NCBI GenBank assembly: GCA_025603075.1 | Contig: MU626440.1 | Location: 1-38,636, forward strand | Length of the DNA: 38,636 bases | Reading direction: 5' to 3' | Source: Neoconidiobolus thromboides FSU 785 | Lineage: Eukaryota; Fungi; Entomophthoromycota | Shown here: positions 37,563-38,636 of the stretch, one piece after another | Position numbering within the stretch: position 1 is the stretch's first letter | Layout: the number at the start of each line of letters is the position of its first letter | The notes under the pieces: generated by a model | Database searches by the model: none | Seen by the model: only the letters and a program-made list of their open reading frames with translations | What the model was told of the DNA's origin: nothing | Program-made: the position numbers and the translations under genes

Positions 37563-37865
37563 TATATTAGAAAATTCCCGACTCAATTTATATTAAGGTC
37601 AAATAATATAACGCTTATTATTAAATTAGTAACTTATCGATTAATAATTTACTTGATAAATTTAAAAATAATAAGCTGCTTAAACATCTGTGTTTATTTT
37701 CAAAGGATTCTTTTAATAGCTCTTTATGAAACTGTATATAGTCATAATTGGTCTATACTAAATTTTTAATAATTTTAAGATACAAAATTAATATATAACA
37801 TCACTTAATATGACGACAACACGAAATTGTAAATTTTGAAGCGATAATAATATATATAAAAATAT

Positions 37866-38597
37866 TTATTTTGTGATATCAGAAATATAAGATCCAAGTG
37901 TACTTGAGCTTTTCTTGAAATATTTTGATTTAACAATGAAGGATGAGGGAACATCGTCCTCAATATCGTTTTCATCAGCACCAATTACTTGGCATATTTC
38001 TTTAATACAAGGAAATAAAGCAAGTTTGTTTGGTTTAAACTCGTAAATTATGCTTTTATCTGGCTTTATGATAAACATGCCACCCAATTGCTTGATATCC
38101 CCGCTACCAGAGTCTTTGACATTAAGCACATCCATAACATAGTCGTCTACTTTTTTAACAAATTTACTGTTCATTTGTTTATTCAATTCCTTATCGCTCA
38201 ATTTGACTAATCCTGCTGCATGGTATACCTTTCTTTCTACATCTAATAATATATCCCAATCCCAATATCCGTTTAAAAAATCAGTCAAATCGATATCTTC
38301 AAAAGCAACTGCAACTAAATGAATTTTCTTTTCATCTAAAATCGGTTGGAGCCTTTTTAGCATTAAAACTTCATGACGACATAAACAACAACCTAATCTT
38401 GGCAATACTTTCAGTAGTACTGTCTTATCATTCCATTTTTCTTCCAGTAGAACATCTTTCCCTGTTGGATTTTTCAGTACTATGTTGGAAAATATGTCAG
38501 CATCTCTCTTGTCTTTAGTTTTATTTATTTTTAAAAGCTTAAATATTGCTTTCAATTGGACTTTTATACCCTTTTTTATTGTTTTATTTGATACCAT
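37866..38597 (-). CDS. Peroxiredoxin-like 2 (PRXL2/FAM213, AhpC-TSA_2) thioredoxin-fold protein
   Basis: Single ORF of 243 aa. RLGCCLCRHE resembles the family motif RRPGCFLCREE (CxxC intact), and KQLGGMFII resembles the QxGGxFV block. Confidence 0.75.
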   Translation of the reverse strand: MVSNKTIKKGIKVQLKAIFKLLKINKTKDKRDADIFSNIVLKNPTGKDVLLEEKWNDKTVLLKVLPRLGCCLCRHEVLMLKRLQPILDEKKIHLVAVAFEDIDLTDFLNGYWDWDILLDVERKVYHAAGLVKLSDKELNKQMNSKFVKKVDDYVMDVLNVKDSGSGDIKQLGGMFIIKPDKSIIYEFKPNKLALFPCIKEICQVIGADENDIEDDVPSSFIVKSKYFKKSSSTLGSYISDITK

Positions 38598-38636
38598 TTA
38601 TTTGAAATAAAATTTTACAAATTAATAATTTATCTT

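Noticed and set aside
37512-37769. 85-aa plus-strand ORF
   Set aside because: Non-ATG start inside MITE copy 8; runs through AT-rich non-coding DNA.
1-38636. tRNA/rRNA genes, CRISPR arrays, telomeric repeats and U12-type introns
   Set aside because: No T-loop GTTCRANYC in a cloverleaf context, no regularly spaced direct repeats, no terminal tandem repeat and no RTATCCTT donors at intron starts were seen. The dispersed ~100-bp repeats are TIR elements, not an array.

Overview
AT-rich, intron-dense eukaryotic DNA with GT-AG introns, mostly about 50-60 nt. The best fit is an early-diverging fungus of the Conidiobolus/Neoconidiobolus type. This is an inference from fungal-type SPO71 and JSN1-like genes, retention of SAP18, and a mitochondrial tRNA thiouridylase that argues against anaerobic gut fungi. 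I reconstructed 14 protein-coding genes by hand-splicing: an orphan with a Sororin-like C-terminus, MCM4, TIM22, PIN1/ESS1, ARMC8/GID5, MTU1/MnmA, SAP18, ATG6, an MFSD5-like transporter, SPO71, CCT8, GGT, a JSN1/PUF2-like RRM-Pumilio protein and a PRXL2-like redoxin. Repeat-rich gaps (1-1.9 kb, 18.7-21.5 kb, 30.3-32.9 kb, 36.4-37.8 kb) hold two copies of a 464-bp TG...CA solo LTR, 7-9 copies of a ~100-bp TA-duplicating MITE and a long-TIR foldback element. Four observations stand out. (1) A hidden terminal exon gives the MCM4-divergent orphan a Sororin-type F-x5-F-x-L-x2-E C-terminus. (2) The MITE carries an intron-sized GT..TACTAAC..YAG cassette. (3) The two LTR copies show strongly transition-biased decay. 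(4) A Spo71 homologue is present in an apparently non-ascomycete genome. No tRNA, rRNA or CRISPR arrays were seen. All family assignments come from motif recognition, not database searches.
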